Part shown: positions 1-11,334 of the stretch, in pieces
How positions within the stretch are numbered: the stretch's first letter is position 1
How the letters are laid out: each line of letters begins with the position of its first letter
From: an uncultured Chloroflexia bacterium
Lineage (GTDB): Bacteria; Chloroflexota; Limnocylindria; Limnocylindrales; CSP1-4
Length of the DNA: 64,000 nucleotides
Direction of reading: 5' to 3'
Assembly: GCA_963783055.1 (NCBI GenBank)
Contig: CAWAMB010000004.1
Location: 803,368-867,367, forward strand
The notes under the pieces: model-generated
What the model was told of the DNA's origin: nothing
What the model saw: the letters and a program-made list of their open reading frames with translations, nothing else
Databases searched by the model: none
Made by a program: the position numbers and the translations under genes

Positions 1-12
1 CGGCCGGGTCGG

Positions 13-1653
<1,641 letters not shown>

Positions 1654-1669
1654 CGCGCCGTCCGGTGGC

Positions 1670-1697
1670 ATTGGCGGTGCATCGCGGCACCGCCAAT
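1670..1697 (+). terminator. Stem-loop after mdh (11-bp perfect stem, 6-nt loop)
   Basis: attggcggtgc-atcgcg-gcaccgccaat lies 17 nt after the mdh stop. There is no clear U-tract, so it would be a GC-rich I-shaped terminator type. Confidence 0.5.
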
Positions 1698-1914
1698 CGG
1701 CCGTTCGGTGAACCTGCGGAGGTCCCCCGAATTGACCCGGCGGGACGCCGGTCGTAAGGTCGGGACACGCAAGCGCCGGCCTCGGGAGGGCCGGCGTTCC
1801 ATGTCGTCACGGGATCCTCGAATGCCGCCCCACCCGCGGTCGAGAGCCGCTGGGTGACGTTCGAGCCATGCCCCGTGCGTGGAGGAGATTCAGGCATTGC
1901 CTGAAGGGAGGCTC

Positions 1915-4900
1915 ATGAACCGGAGGCTGCTCACCGCCGTCGGTGCGACGGCGTTGCTGCTCGGCAGCGCCCTGCCCGCGGCCACGATTGCCGCATCACC
2001 CAACGCGAGCCGCGAGTTCACGCGGCTCGACGTCAGCAAGATCGATCCCCAGATCGGACCGGCGATGCTGGCCAACAAGACGATCACCGTCATGGTCCAG
2101 CTCAAGGGGGCCCAGGCCACCAGCGCCAAGGTCAGCAAGGCCCAGCAGGTCGCGCGAGCCAAGGTGCTCAAGGCCAGCCAGGACAAGCTCAAGCCCGCCA
2201 TCGCGCGCGCCGGTGGCAAGGTCCTCGGCCAGTACCAGTACGCCTACAACGGCATCAAGATCCGGATCGCCGGTCGCGGCGTCGCCGCAATCGCCGCCCT
2301 GCCCGGCGTCGCCGGTGTCCGGGGCGTCCCGAAGTACACCGTCGACAACGTCAACAGCGTCCCGTTCACGGGCGCCCCTGCCGCCTGGACGGACCTCGGC
2401 GTGACCGGCGCCGGCCAGACGATCGCGGTCATCGACACGGGCATCGACTACACCCACGCCAATCTCGGCGGGGTCGGGACCGTGGCTGCGTTCGACGCCA
2501 ACAACCCGACCACGATCGAGGCCGGCTCGTTCCCGACCGCCAAGGTCATCGCCGGCTGGGACTTCGTCGGCAACGGCTACGACGCCAACGGCGAGCTCGG
2601 CTCCATCACCCCCGTCCCGGATCCCGACCCGCTCGACTGCAACGGCCACGGCTCGCACGTCAGCGGCACGTCGGCCGGCTCCGGCGTCCTCGCTAACGGC
2701 ACCGCCTACGCGGGTCCGTATGACGCGACGACGTACACCCCGGCCGGCAAGTTCGCGATCGGCCCGGGTACCGCCCCGCAGGCCACCCTCGTCGGCTTGA
2801 AGGTCTTCGGCTGCGAAGGCTCGACCGACGTCGTCGTCGACGCCCTCAACTGGGTCGCCGACTACAACGCCCACCACGCCGACGCGATCGATGTCGTGAA
2901 CATGTCGCTCGGCGCGGCCTTCGGGCGCGGTGACAACCCCGATTCCGTCGCGACGAACAACCTCGTCAACGCCGGCGTCGTCGTCGTCGCCTCGGCCGGC
3001 AACTCCGGCCCGAACGCCTACATCACCGGCTCGCCGGCCGCGGCGACCCTGGCCATCAGCGTCGCCGCCGAGGACACGCTCGCGACCTTCCCGGGCGCGA
3101 TCGTCGACTTCGCGAGCGCGACCGACATCACCAACGCCAGCAATCAGAATGCCTTCCCGGGCCTGCCGGTCAGCGGCACCCTCAAGGTGATCAAGCAGGC
3201 CAGCGGCGCCCTGAGCCTCGGCTGCGAGGTCGGCGACTACGGGACGCTCGCCCCCAACACGATTGTCGCCATCCAGCGTGGCGTCTGCGCGTTCGTCGAC
3301 AAGGGCGCGGCCGCCCAGGCGGCCGGCGCGGTCGGCATCCTGGACATCAACCGCGACGACATCGTCAACCCCGCAGAGCTGCCGACCTTCATCGGCTACA
3401 GCCCCGAGATCTTCGACATCCCGATGATCGGGCTGGGCAATGGCTCGAAGGCCGCGGTCATCGCCGCGGACGGCCAGGCCGTGACCCTCCAGCCCGGTGG
3501 CACCGTCAACAATCCGACCTACAAGCAGCTCGCCAGCTTCAGCTCCGGCGGGCCGCGCAACGGCGACAGCGCCGCCAAGCCCGACGTCACCGCCCCGGGC
3601 AGCTCGATCCTGTCGACCCTCGTCGGCAGCGGCAGCAAGGGCACGACGCTGTCGGGCACCTCGATGGCATCGCCCCATGTCGCGGGCATCGCCGCCCTCG
3701 TCCATGCGGCCAACCCGACCTGGTCGCCGCTCGCGATCAAGGGCGCGATCGTCGGCACGGCCTCGGCCGCAGCCGGCGACCTCAGCCCCTACAACGTCCG
3801 CACGGCCGGCTCGGGCGCAATCCAGGCACGCAAGGCCGTCGACACCGTCGCCTACGCGACGACGCCGGACGGAACGGCCAGCCTCTCGTATGGCTATGAC
3901 GCCCTGTCCGGCGCCTACAGCGAGTCGCGGGTCATCACCCTGCACAACACCAGCGGCAGTGCGATCACCTACGACCTGGCCGGCGCGAGCATCGTGACGG
4001 TCAGCCCGAGCTCGGTCACGGTTCCGGCCCACGGCACGGCGGAGGTCACCGCGACCGCTGCCCTGTCGGCCGCCGGTGTGGCCGGCCTGGCGACCCCTTC
4101 TGTGCTCCTCGGCGGCGCACCGTGGGGCGGCGTCAACACGTTCCGTGGCGCGGTCGTCGCGACCCCGACCACGGCCGGAACCGGTGTCTACAGCCTGCGG
4201 ATCCCGTTCCTCGGCGTTCCGCGCGGCCTGTCGAACATCAGCGCCGGGCCGAGGTCGGCGTACGCGACCGCCAACGGCATCTCGACCGCCACCATCCCGG
4301 TCTCCAACACGGGCATCCACACCGGCTTCGCCGACGTGTACGCCTGGGGCCTGTCGGATCCCAAGGACCTCGGCTCGGCCACGACTGTGACGAATGACAT
4401 CCGGGCCGTCGGGGTCCAGGTCTTCGCCGCCGAAGGGCTGACCGGCGTCGCCGATCCGACCGATCGGGCGATCCTGTTCGCCGTCAACACCTGGGGCCAG
4501 TGGTCGACCGCGGCGTCGAACGAGTTCGACATCGCGATCTACGGCGCCAACAAGCACAAGCCCGACTACTTCGTCGTCGGCGTCGACTTCGGCGCCGTCT
4601 CGACGGGCACGTTCGACGGTCGGTTCGCCTCGGTCATCTTCGATGCCGCGGGCAACCTGATCGACGCCTGGGTGGCCGAATCGCCCGCCAATGGCTCGAC
4701 GGTCATCCTGCCGGTCCTCGCCAGCGAGATCGGCCAGACCACCAACAACACCCGCTTCAGCTACGGCATCACCGGGTTCTCCGTCGAGGACTCGTCGCTC
4801 GTCGACACCGTCGCCGGGCAGGCCGCGTTCAACGTCTTCAACCCGGCCTTGACCACCGGCCAGTTCGTGCAGCTCACCCCCGGCTCGTCGGCGTCCATCC

Positions 4901-5019
4901 CGGTCGCCGTGAAGAAGGGGTCGTTGTCGGCCGCGCCGGCAAAGGGCTGGCTGGTCGTCTCCGTCGACGACGCCAACGGTGCGGCCCAGGCCGACACCAT
5001 CCCGATCGGGAACCCGTAA
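1915..5019 (+). CDS. Secreted S8 family (subtilisin-like) serine peptidase with PA domain and long C-terminal beta-rich region
   Basis: Signal peptide MNRRLLTAVGATALLLGSALPAATIAA. The catalytic motifs are VIDTGIDYTH (Asp), NGHGSHVSGT (His), AGNSGPN (Asn) and SGTSMASPHVAG (Ser). ggaggctc precedes the ATG at 1915. Confidence 0.85.
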   Translation: MNRRLLTAVGATALLLGSALPAATIAASPNASREFTRLDVSKIDPQIGPAMLANKTITVMVQLKGAQATSAKVSKAQQVARAKVLKASQDKLKPAIARAGGKVLGQYQYAYNGIKIRIAGRGVAAIAALPGVAGVRGVPKYTVDNVNSVPFTGAPAAWTDLGVTGAGQTIAVIDTGIDYTHANLGGVGTVAAFDANNPTTIEAGSFPTAKVIAGWDFVGNGYDANGELGSITPVPDPDPLDCNGHGSHVSGTSAGSGVLANGTAYAGPYDATTYTPAGKFAIGPGTAPQATLVGLKVFGCEGSTDVVVDALNWVADYNAHHADAIDVVNMSLGAAFGRGDNPDSVATNNLVNAGVVVVASAGNSGPNAYITGSPAAATLAISVAAEDTLATFPGAIVDFASATDITNASNQNAFPGLPVSGTLKVIKQASGALSLGCEVGDYGTLAPNTIVAIQRGVCAFVDKGAAAQAAGAVGILDINRDDIVNPAELPTFIGYSPEIFDIPMIGLGNGSKAAVIAADGQAVTLQPGGTVNNPTYKQLASFSSGGPRNGDSAAKPDVTAPGSSILSTLVGSGSKGTTLSGTSMASPHVAGIAALVHAANPTWSPLAIKGAIVGTASAAAGDLSPYNVRTAGSGAIQARKAVDTVAYATTPDGTASLSYGYDALSGAYSESRVITLHNTSGSAITYDLAGASIVTVSPSSVTVPAHGTAEVTATAALSAAGVAGLATPSVLLGGAPWGGVNTFRGAVVATPTTAGTGVYSLRIPFLGVPRGLSNISAGPRSAYATANGISTATIPVSNTGIHTGFADVYAWGLSDPKDLGSATTVTNDIRAVGVQVFAAEGLTGVADPTDRAILFAVNTWGQWSTAASNEFDIAIYGANKHKPDYFVVGVDFGAVSTGTFDGRFASVIFDAAGNLIDAWVAESPANGSTVILPVLASEIGQTTNNTRFSYGITGFSVEDSSLVDTVAGQAAFNVFNPALTTGQFVQLTPGSSASIPVAVKKGSLSAAPAKGWLVVSVDDANGAAQADTIPIGNP

Positions 5020-5171
5020 CCCCGGTCCCACCCCGTCCAGCACGAACGACCCCGGTCACGCCGGGGTCGTCCAATTCACGAACCGGCCCCGGCAGCGCCC
5101 CGGGGCCGGTTCGATTCGCGGCCGGACCCCGGAGGAGGTGAGGACCGGCTTCGGGCTTCGGGGGCCGGTTG

Positions 5172-5991
5172 CTACGCGCTCGAGACGAGCACGGGCGCAA
5201 ACGGCCGGCGATCGAGTCGGCGCTCCGAGGCGCGGGCATCGCTCGCTCGCTCGCGCGAGCGGGACGCCGCCACCGCCAGGGCCACCTGATACGCGGCGTC
5301 GGTCTCCGGCAGCGGCGCGACCGCCAGCTCGGTCCGCAGGATCGCGCACACCCGGCGGTACTGGCGGACGACCTGCGAGCGCGAGCCGGACTGGCCGTAC
5401 ACGGCGATGAGCACCGTAGTGGGCCTCCTCGCGCAGGGGATCGCGGATCAGGAGCTCGCTGGCGGCCCGCCGCGCGCCGGGGATGTCGCCGCTCTCGAGT
5501 CGGTGCTGGGCGACGTCGGCGAGGAGATCCTCGTACAGGTCGGACATCCGCTCGCGATCGGCGGCGAAGCACTCGTGGCCGAGACCCTCGAGCAGATCGC
5601 CGGCATAGACCCGCAGCGCCCGTTCCTGATCGTCCGGGTCGCCGCTCGTGGCGAGCCGTTCGAAGCGATCCACGTCGAGCTCGATGACGGCGTCCCGGTG
5701 GAGCCCGATCGTGTCCTGGTCGGCCTCGAGCCAGGCGTCGGCATCGACGCCGGCAGCGGTCAGGCTCGACCGGATCAGCCACAACGCCTGGCGGAGCGAG
5801 GCCGCCGACGGGACGCCGGCTTCCGGCCACAGCTCGGCCGCGAGCGTGTCGCGCAGACGCGGCCGGGGACGGAGCGCGAGGAGGGCGATCAACGCTTGAG
5901 CGTGCCGGCCGCCGATCCGGATCGGCACGCTGCCGGCGTGGACGTCGAGGCGACCGAGCAGACGGATCGCGAGGGTGTTGCGAGCGCCCAT
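5172..5991 (-). pseudogene. SARP/AfsR-type transcriptional regulator (winged helix + BTAD domain), frame shift near 5415
   Basis: LAIRLLGRLDVHAGSVPIRIGGRHAQALIALLALRP...LRQALWLIRSSL (OmpR/SARP DNA-binding domain) is followed by the BTAD region ...IRDPLREEAHY. The expected continuation VLIAVYGQSGSRSQVVRQYRRVCAILRTELAVAPLPET is in another frame (ORF 5172..5414). Confidence 0.7.
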
Positions 5992-6256
5992 CAGACCCCC
6001 ATCTGGTTCGACGGCTGCGCCCGGCGTTCCCCCCAGAGGCCGGGCGCTGCCGTCGAGCGGGACTGCGTCGGCCCCCCAGGACCGGGCAGTCCGGCTTGCC
6101 CCCGGGACGGGCAACCCCTCGTCCGTCCCTCGGTGTGTGTTCCCCCCGGACAGTCCACCGATAACGAGATGCTCGTCGCGCCGGCGACTGTCGGGTGAGC
6201 GCGGCGACGACAGCGGAGGTGTCGGCCAGCCGACAGCCGGGCGGTGAACGATCGGG

Positions 6257-7147
6257 GTGACCGGCGATTCGTGCTGGGCCGGCGGCGACCGAGCCGGCCA
6301 CCGCGCGACGCCGCGCCCTACACTGACCAGCGTGCCGGCCGCCGTCCTCGCGTTCGACTTCGACCCCCTGCTGCATCTCGGGGATGGCGCCGTTCGCTGG
6401 GAGACGGTTGCGATCGCGGCCGCGATCTTCGCCTCGATCGCCGTTGCCGGCGTCGCGGCCGTCGCCGCCGGACTGCGGGTCGACGATCTCCTGTTCGTGA
6501 TCCTCGGGATCGTCCCGGGCGCGGTGGTCGGTGGCCGGCTCGGCTACGTCCTGCTCCACTGGTCGTTCTTCGCGGCGGCTCCCGGCCGGATCCTGGACCC
6601 CGGCGTGGGAAGCCTCGAGCTGACCCTCGCGGTGGTCGGCGGGGCGGTCACCGGCTGTCTCGTCGCCCTGCTCCTCGACGGCCGGCCCGGCCCGTGGCTC
6701 CGGGTTGCGACGTTCCCGATGCTGATCCTCCTCGCCGCCGGCAAGCTCGCCATGGTCCTTGGCGGTCGCGGCCAGGGGCTCCCGACGACCGTCGATCCAG
6801 CCACGGCCTACCTCGGGCCGGGACCGTGGGGCTCGCTCGGACCGGCCATCCCGTCGATCCCGTCGCAGGTCGTCGAGGCGATCGTCACGTTGGTCGTGCT
6901 CGTGCTGATCGCGCTGGCCTCGCTCCTGCCGCGGCTCCGTCGCCGTGACGGGCGGCTGTTCCTGCTGGGGCTCGCCGGCTGGGCGATGGGCCGGGCGATC
7001 GTGGCGTCGACGTGGCGGGACCCCGTGGTCGTCGGCCCGCTTCGAGCCGAGCAGGTGATCGACATCGTCGTGGCGGTCGGCGCGCTCGTGCTGGCGGCGA
7101 TCGTGATGGCGACCCGCCGCGGTCGCGCGGCCGAGATCGGGGAGTAG
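6257..7147 (+). CDS. Polytopic membrane protein, prolipoprotein diacylglyceryl transferase (Lgt)-like
   Basis: It has several TM segments, a GAVVGGRLGYVLLH motif resembling the Lgt GGRLG signature, and IPSQVVEAIV in the place of the HPSQLYE-type motif. The start is uncertain (GTG at 6332 is possible). Confidence 0.5.
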   Translation: MTGDSCWAGGDRAGHRATPRPTLTSVPAAVLAFDFDPLLHLGDGAVRWETVAIAAAIFASIAVAGVAAVAAGLRVDDLLFVILGIVPGAVVGGRLGYVLLHWSFFAAAPGRILDPGVGSLELTLAVVGGAVTGCLVALLLDGRPGPWLRVATFPMLILLAAGKLAMVLGGRGQGLPTTVDPATAYLGPGPWGSLGPAIPSIPSQVVEAIVTLVVLVLIALASLLPRLRRRDGRLFLLGLAGWAMGRAIVASTWRDPVVVGPLRAEQVIDIVVAVGALVLAAIVMATRRGRAAEIGE

Positions 7148-7187
7148 CCGCGACCATCGGGCGTCGGGTCGGCCGGACGCCCGCGGA

Positions 7188-8319
7188 TCAGTCGGCGGCG
7201 GCTCGCGGCGCGGCGGCTGGAGGGTCGTCGGCGGCGGACTCGTCGTCTGCGGACTCGGTCGCGGCGGGCCGGGTGGCGCGCTCACCGAGGGCCGTGAGCG
7301 CAAGCCGAAGACGCCGCTCGGCCCGGCGAACTGCGGCCACCAGCGGCTCGTCGAGGACCGTTGCGGTCGCGACGGCGAGGCGAAGCGGGTGGTCGGCGGT
7401 GGCCAGGATCGGCTCGATGGCGTCGCGGGTCCGGCGCAGGTACGCCCGCGCCGCGACCTCGCCGGTGGCGAGGAGCACGATCCGGAAGCGGCCGTGGTCG
7501 GCGACCGTCACGACGTCGCCGCCACGGGCGGCGGCGCGGATCGTGCGCTCGACCATCGCGAGGGCACGTGATGTGGCGTCTTCGGTCGGGACGACACCGG
7601 CCGCACGCGATCGGCGTGGCGACGGGGGCAGCCCCTCGACCGCGATCAGGGCCACGGTCGTCGCTCCGGCGGACGCGTCGCCGGCCGGGGCATCGGTGCC
7701 GCCGAGGAACGTCTCGATCGACCGACTGACCTTCTCGTGATCGTCGTCGAGCGGGGGAAGCGAGAAGCGTCGTCGACCCTTCCGGGCCGGCTCGGCGGGC
7801 GGGGCAGGATCCGTTCTGCTGCGGCGCGTTGGCGCGGGTCGCCGCGGTGCCTCGACCACGGGCGCGGCGTCGACGACCGGGTCGACGGGTGGGTCCGGTG
7901 CCACGACCCGCTGAGGCTGCGGGCCGCGGGCCCGGGCGGGCCGGTTCGGCCACGATGGGAGGGGCGGCCGGAGGCGTGACGAGCGTCAGATCGGGCGCAG
8001 CGGCAGCCGGCGGGCGCGCCGGCTCGCGGATGGGATCGCGGGGTTCGGCGGTGCGCCGCTCGGCTCGATCCCGCGGCGGCGCACCGTCCGTTGCCGCGAC
8101 GAGGCCGCGGCGCGCCGTGATCGCCTGCGCCAGCTCGGCGGTCATCGGCCGATCGGCCGGGGCCGGCCGCGCGGTGATCGTGGTCGCCGGGCGGAGGTGG
8201 TCCCCGGGACGGTCCTCCTCTCGTGGCCCGCGAAGGAGCCCACGGATCGCGACCGCGACGAGGATGGCGTTGGCGAGGAGGGTCAGCGTGAAGAGAGGAA
8301 CGAGGAGTTCGAGGGGCAA
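7188..8319 (-). pseudogene. Membrane-anchored Pro/Ala-rich protein with degenerate GGDEF-like (nucleotidyl cyclase fold) C-terminal domain; probable frame shift about 7918-7935
   Basis: The N-terminal TM helix MPLELLVPLFTLTLLANAILVAVAI and a Pro-rich linker are in ORF 7282..8319. The linker continues sensibly (GPQPQRVVAPDPPVDPVVDAAP...) in the frame of ORF 7188..7904. That frame ends with ...RGGDVVTVADHGRFRIVLLATGEVAARAYLRR, which is GGDEF-like with ADHGRF replacing GGDEF. Two separate overlapping genes cannot be excluded. Confidence 0.45.
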
Positions 8320-8406
8320 GACGACCTCGGGTCGGGCCTTGGGGGTCCGGCCGAGTCTAGCCCGGATCGCCGGTTCCTTCCCGGAGCGTCCCGAGGCGCG
8401 GCCGGC

Positions 8407-8745
8407 TCAATCGGGGATGGACCGGATCTCGATCTGGAGGCCGGGGCTCACGGGAATGCTGCGCGCGACCTCGATCGCGTCGTCGCGATCGGCGCACGCG
8501 ATCAGGTAGAAGCCGCCCAGCTGCTCCTTGGTCTCGAGGAACGGGCCATCCGTGGCCGACGGGCGGCGCGGGCTCACGACGACCCCCTCCCGAGACGGCC
8601 CGAGCGGCTCACCCGTCGCCTCGCGACCGGCCTCCCGGACCCCGCGCAGGAAGGCGCCGTGCTCCCGGACGATCGCGAGGCGCTCGTCGTCGGTCAGGGC
8701 CAGCTCGGCGGCCTCGTCGCCCCAGAGCAGGAACAGGTAGCGCAT
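8407..8745 (-). CDS. YCII-related domain protein
   Basis: MRYLFLLWGDE...DGPFLETKEQLGGFYLIACADRDDAIEVA is a typical YCII/DGPF family pattern. Confidence 0.8.
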   Translation of the reverse strand: MRYLFLLWGDEAAELALTDDERLAIVREHGAFLRGVREAGREATGEPLGPSREGVVVSPRRPSATDGPFLETKEQLGGFYLIACADRDDAIEVARSIPVSPGLQIEIRSIPD

Positions 8746-8855
8746 GGCGTGCCTCCGATCGATGGGCGGCCGCGGTCGATCCCGCGCGCCGGTTCACCGG
8801 GGCGACGAGCCGCGGTCGACCAAATCGACAATGGCCGCGGGCGGATCGTCGTCCC

Positions 8856-10400
8856 TCATCCGGGGCGCGCCGGCTGGCGCCGGACGACGAGGAGCGTCAG
8901 GTCGTCGGACGGCTCGGCGCTGCCGCGGAAGGCTGCGACGTCGGCGTCGATCGCCGCGACGATGCCCGCCGCCCCCGTGCCCGCCAGGCTCCGGAGCAGG
9001 TCGCGGAATCGATCCTCGCCGTAGAACGAACCGTCCGGCGATCGCGCCTCGGTCACGCCGTCGGTGTGGCCGATGAAGGCATCGCCCGGCTCGAGCACCG
9101 CTTCGACCGTCGCCAGCCCGAGCTCGGCGACCATCCCGATCAGGCGGCCCGGCGGATCGAGGACCTCGAGCCGGCCGTCGGCCCGCAGGAGATGGACCGG
9201 GTCGTGACCGGCCCGCGCCAGGACGAACCGGCCGGTCGCCGGGTCGAGCACCGCGTGCGCCACCGTCACGAACAGACCGCTGGCGCGCTCGGTGATCAGG
9301 ATCCGATTGACGCGCTCGAGGGTGCTCGCCGGGTCGTCGCTGTGATCGGCCGCCGCGTGGATCAGGCCGCGGCTGTCGGCCATCAGGATCGCGGCCGGGA
9401 TGCCCTTGCCGGTCACGTCGGCGACCACGAGGCCGATGCTCCCGTCCCGTTCGCGGAGCCGGAACACGTCGTAGAAGTCGCCGCCGACCTCGCGCGCCGG
9501 CTCATAGACGCTGGCGATCTCCCAGCCGTCGATCTCCGGGAAGCGCCGCGGCATGAGCGAGATCTGGATCCGGCGTCCGATCGCGAGCTCCTCGTCGAGC
9601 GTCCGCCGCTCGACGATCTGGTGCTGGAGGGCTGCCCGCTCGATCGCCACGGCCGCCTGGCCGGCGACCGAGGCGAGCAGCTGGCGATCGGCGGCGGAGA
9701 AGCTCGCGGCGCCCGCCGGCCGCCCGAGCACGATCGTCCCGTGATGGCCGCGGGCAGTCCGCAGGAACCCGGCCAGGAGCGACCCGAACCGCTCGTCCGG
9801 GGCGAACTCGAGCTCGGCGCACGATCCGACCCGCGGGTCCTCGCCCTGGAGCTTCTCGATCAGCGGGACCGCGGCCGCCCGCAGCGCGACGATCTCCGCC
9901 GGATCGCCGCGTGCGGCGAGGACGGTCGCGTCGTCGGGGCCGGCCACGAACCCGAGAGGCGCCTCGAGCGGTCGCGCAACCGTCGCCAGGACGGAGCTCG
10001 CGATGCCGGCCGGATCGATCGCGGATCCCAGCGTCTCGGACAGGCGCGAGAGGAGGGCCAGCTCGCGCAGGTCGTCGATCGCGGCGGCGGTGACGTTCCG
10101 GCGGCCGAGGCCCTCGGTCGCCGCGAGCTCGATGGCGCGACCGACGAGTTCGCCGATGGCGGTCGCCTGCGGCACGTCGACGCCGGCGACCGCCAGGTGA
10201 CCGACGAGCTCGCCATCCACGGCGAGCGGTCGGGCGGCTCCCTGTCCGTGGGCGACCGGCGCGCCGTCGGTGGACGCCACGGCCGTCCCGTCAGGATGGC
10301 TGATCCGGATGGAGACTCCGGGCGCGACCGCCTGGGCTGCCCTGAGCAGGGCCTCGAGGCCGGCTTGGTCGACGAGCCGGTCGAGCCTCAGGCCCGCCAT
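8856..10400 (-). CDS. GAF domain-containing PP2C/SpoIIE-family protein phosphatase (RsbU/RsbP-like)
   Basis: The N-terminal region is GAF-like. The C-terminal SpoIIE/PP2C motifs are GGDFYDVF, VVADVTGKGIPAAILM and GHTDGVTEA. Confidence 0.85.
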   Translation of the reverse strand: MAGLRLDRLVDQAGLEALLRAAQAVAPGVSIRISHPDGTAVASTDGAPVAHGQGAARPLAVDGELVGHLAVAGVDVPQATAIGELVGRAIELAATEGLGRRNVTAAAIDDLRELALLSRLSETLGSAIDPAGIASSVLATVARPLEAPLGFVAGPDDATVLAARGDPAEIVALRAAAVPLIEKLQGEDPRVGSCAELEFAPDERFGSLLAGFLRTARGHHGTIVLGRPAGAASFSAADRQLLASVAGQAAVAIERAALQHQIVERRTLDEELAIGRRIQISLMPRRFPEIDGWEIASVYEPAREVGGDFYDVFRLRERDGSIGLVVADVTGKGIPAAILMADSRGLIHAAADHSDDPASTLERVNRILITERASGLFVTVAHAVLDPATGRFVLARAGHDPVHLLRADGRLEVLDPPGRLIGMVAELGLATVEAVLEPGDAFIGHTDGVTEARSPDGSFYGEDRFRDLLRSLAGTGAAGIVAAIDADVAAFRGSAEPSDDLTLLVVRRQPARPG

Positions 10401-10432
10401 CGGCAGCGGCGAGCGGTGGTCGGGCGGCCGCG

Positions 10433-10843
10433 TCAGGCGCCGGCCGCGGCGACGGCCGTCGCCCGATCCGGGTGGACCGTGAACAGCCCGAGCATCCCGC
10501 TCCGATCGAGGACGCGCTCGATCGACGGCGGCGGACCGGCCAGGGTCAGGGCGCCCTCGATCCCCTCCTGACCGACGCCGGCCAGGTCGTGGAGCGACTG
10601 CCAGCCGTCTTCGGGTGACGTCGGCTCGTGGCCGCGCAGCAGCAGCGCGATGGAGTGGATCGCGACGAGACCCGAGCTGCCCATGTACGTCAGGCCCGAC
10701 AGGTCGAGCACGACCCGCTTCGCGCCACCGTCGCGGAGTGCCCGCCCGGTCTCGATCACCTGCTCGAAGTTCGAGCCGTCGAGCTCGCCGGTCAGGCCGA
10801 TGACCGCAAGGTCAGCGCTCGGCCGGTCGGTCGTGATGTCCAT
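10433..10843 (-). CDS. STAS domain anti-sigma factor antagonist (RsbV/SpoIIAA-like)
   Basis: These are the last 136 codons of the spurious 656-aa ORF 10433..12403(-): MDITTDRPSADLAVIGLTGELDGSNFEQV...VVLDLSGLTYMGSSGLVAI, with a phosphorylatable Ser in the SGL context. ATG at 10843. Confidence 0.85.
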   Translation of the reverse strand: MDITTDRPSADLAVIGLTGELDGSNFEQVIETGRALRDGGAKRVVLDLSGLTYMGSSGLVAIHSIALLLRGHEPTSPEDGWQSLHDLAGVGQEGIEGALTLAGPPPSIERVLDRSGMLGLFTVHPDRATAVAAAGA

Positions 10844-11300
10844 CGCTCGCCTCTCCCGTGGTGGATCGTCGCTGCTTGCGGACCGTGACCTCGTTGCCGC
10901 CTGTCGGCAGGATACGGTGGCTGAACCCGTCCGTGAGTGCCCGTGCCAGGTGGACGCCCATCCCGCCGAGCCGGCGCCGGTCCAGGGGCAGATCGAGCGG
11001 CGGCTCCGGAACGGACGTCGGGTCGAACGGCGGGGCGTCGTCGCGGATCCGGAACGCGAGCTCGGGCAGGCTCTCGAGGAAGGCCACTTCGACCGTTCCC
11101 GGCCGGCCGGCGTAGCCGTGGCCGATGACGTTGCAGACGAGCTCGTCGACCGCCTGGACGAAGTCGGCGATCGTCTCGTCATTGCCGCCGGCGCCGGCCA
11201 CCTGCGTCCGAACGAACGCGCGGACGGCTGCGAGCTGGCCGACACCCGCCTCGATCGTGATCGTCGGCGGGGCGCCGGGAGTCGTCGCTGGCTCGGCCAT
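10812..11300 (-). CDS. Anti-sigma regulatory factor / serine protein kinase (RsbW/SpoIIAB-like, HATPase_c)
   Basis: N-box-like AVDELVCNVIGHG and G-box-like RRRLGGMGVHLARAL. The gene overlaps the start of the STAS gene by 32 nt. Confidence 0.75.
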   Translation of the reverse strand: MAEPATTPGAPPTITIEAGVGQLAAVRAFVRTQVAGAGGNDETIADFVQAVDELVCNVIGHGYAGRPGTVEVAFLESLPELAFRIRDDAPPFDPTSVPEPPLDLPLDRRRLGGMGVHLARALTDGFSHRILPTGGNEVTVRKQRRSTTGEASDGHHDRPAER

Positions 11301-11334
11301 CGGCGGATCGTGCGCCTCGAACCGTGGCCGCGTC

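Noticed and set aside
1996-5043. 1015-aa ORF on the minus strand, antisense to the S8 protease gene.
   Set aside because: Its composition is Arg/Gly/Asp-rich with no motifs. It is the typical stop-free shadow frame of GC-rich coding DNA. The plus-strand protease has all its catalytic motifs.
4874-7303. 809-aa minus-strand ORF spanning the protease end, the SARP gene and the Lgt-like gene.
   Set aside because: It is an Arg/Pro-rich nonsense translation. It overlaps three genes that have recognisable families in other frames.
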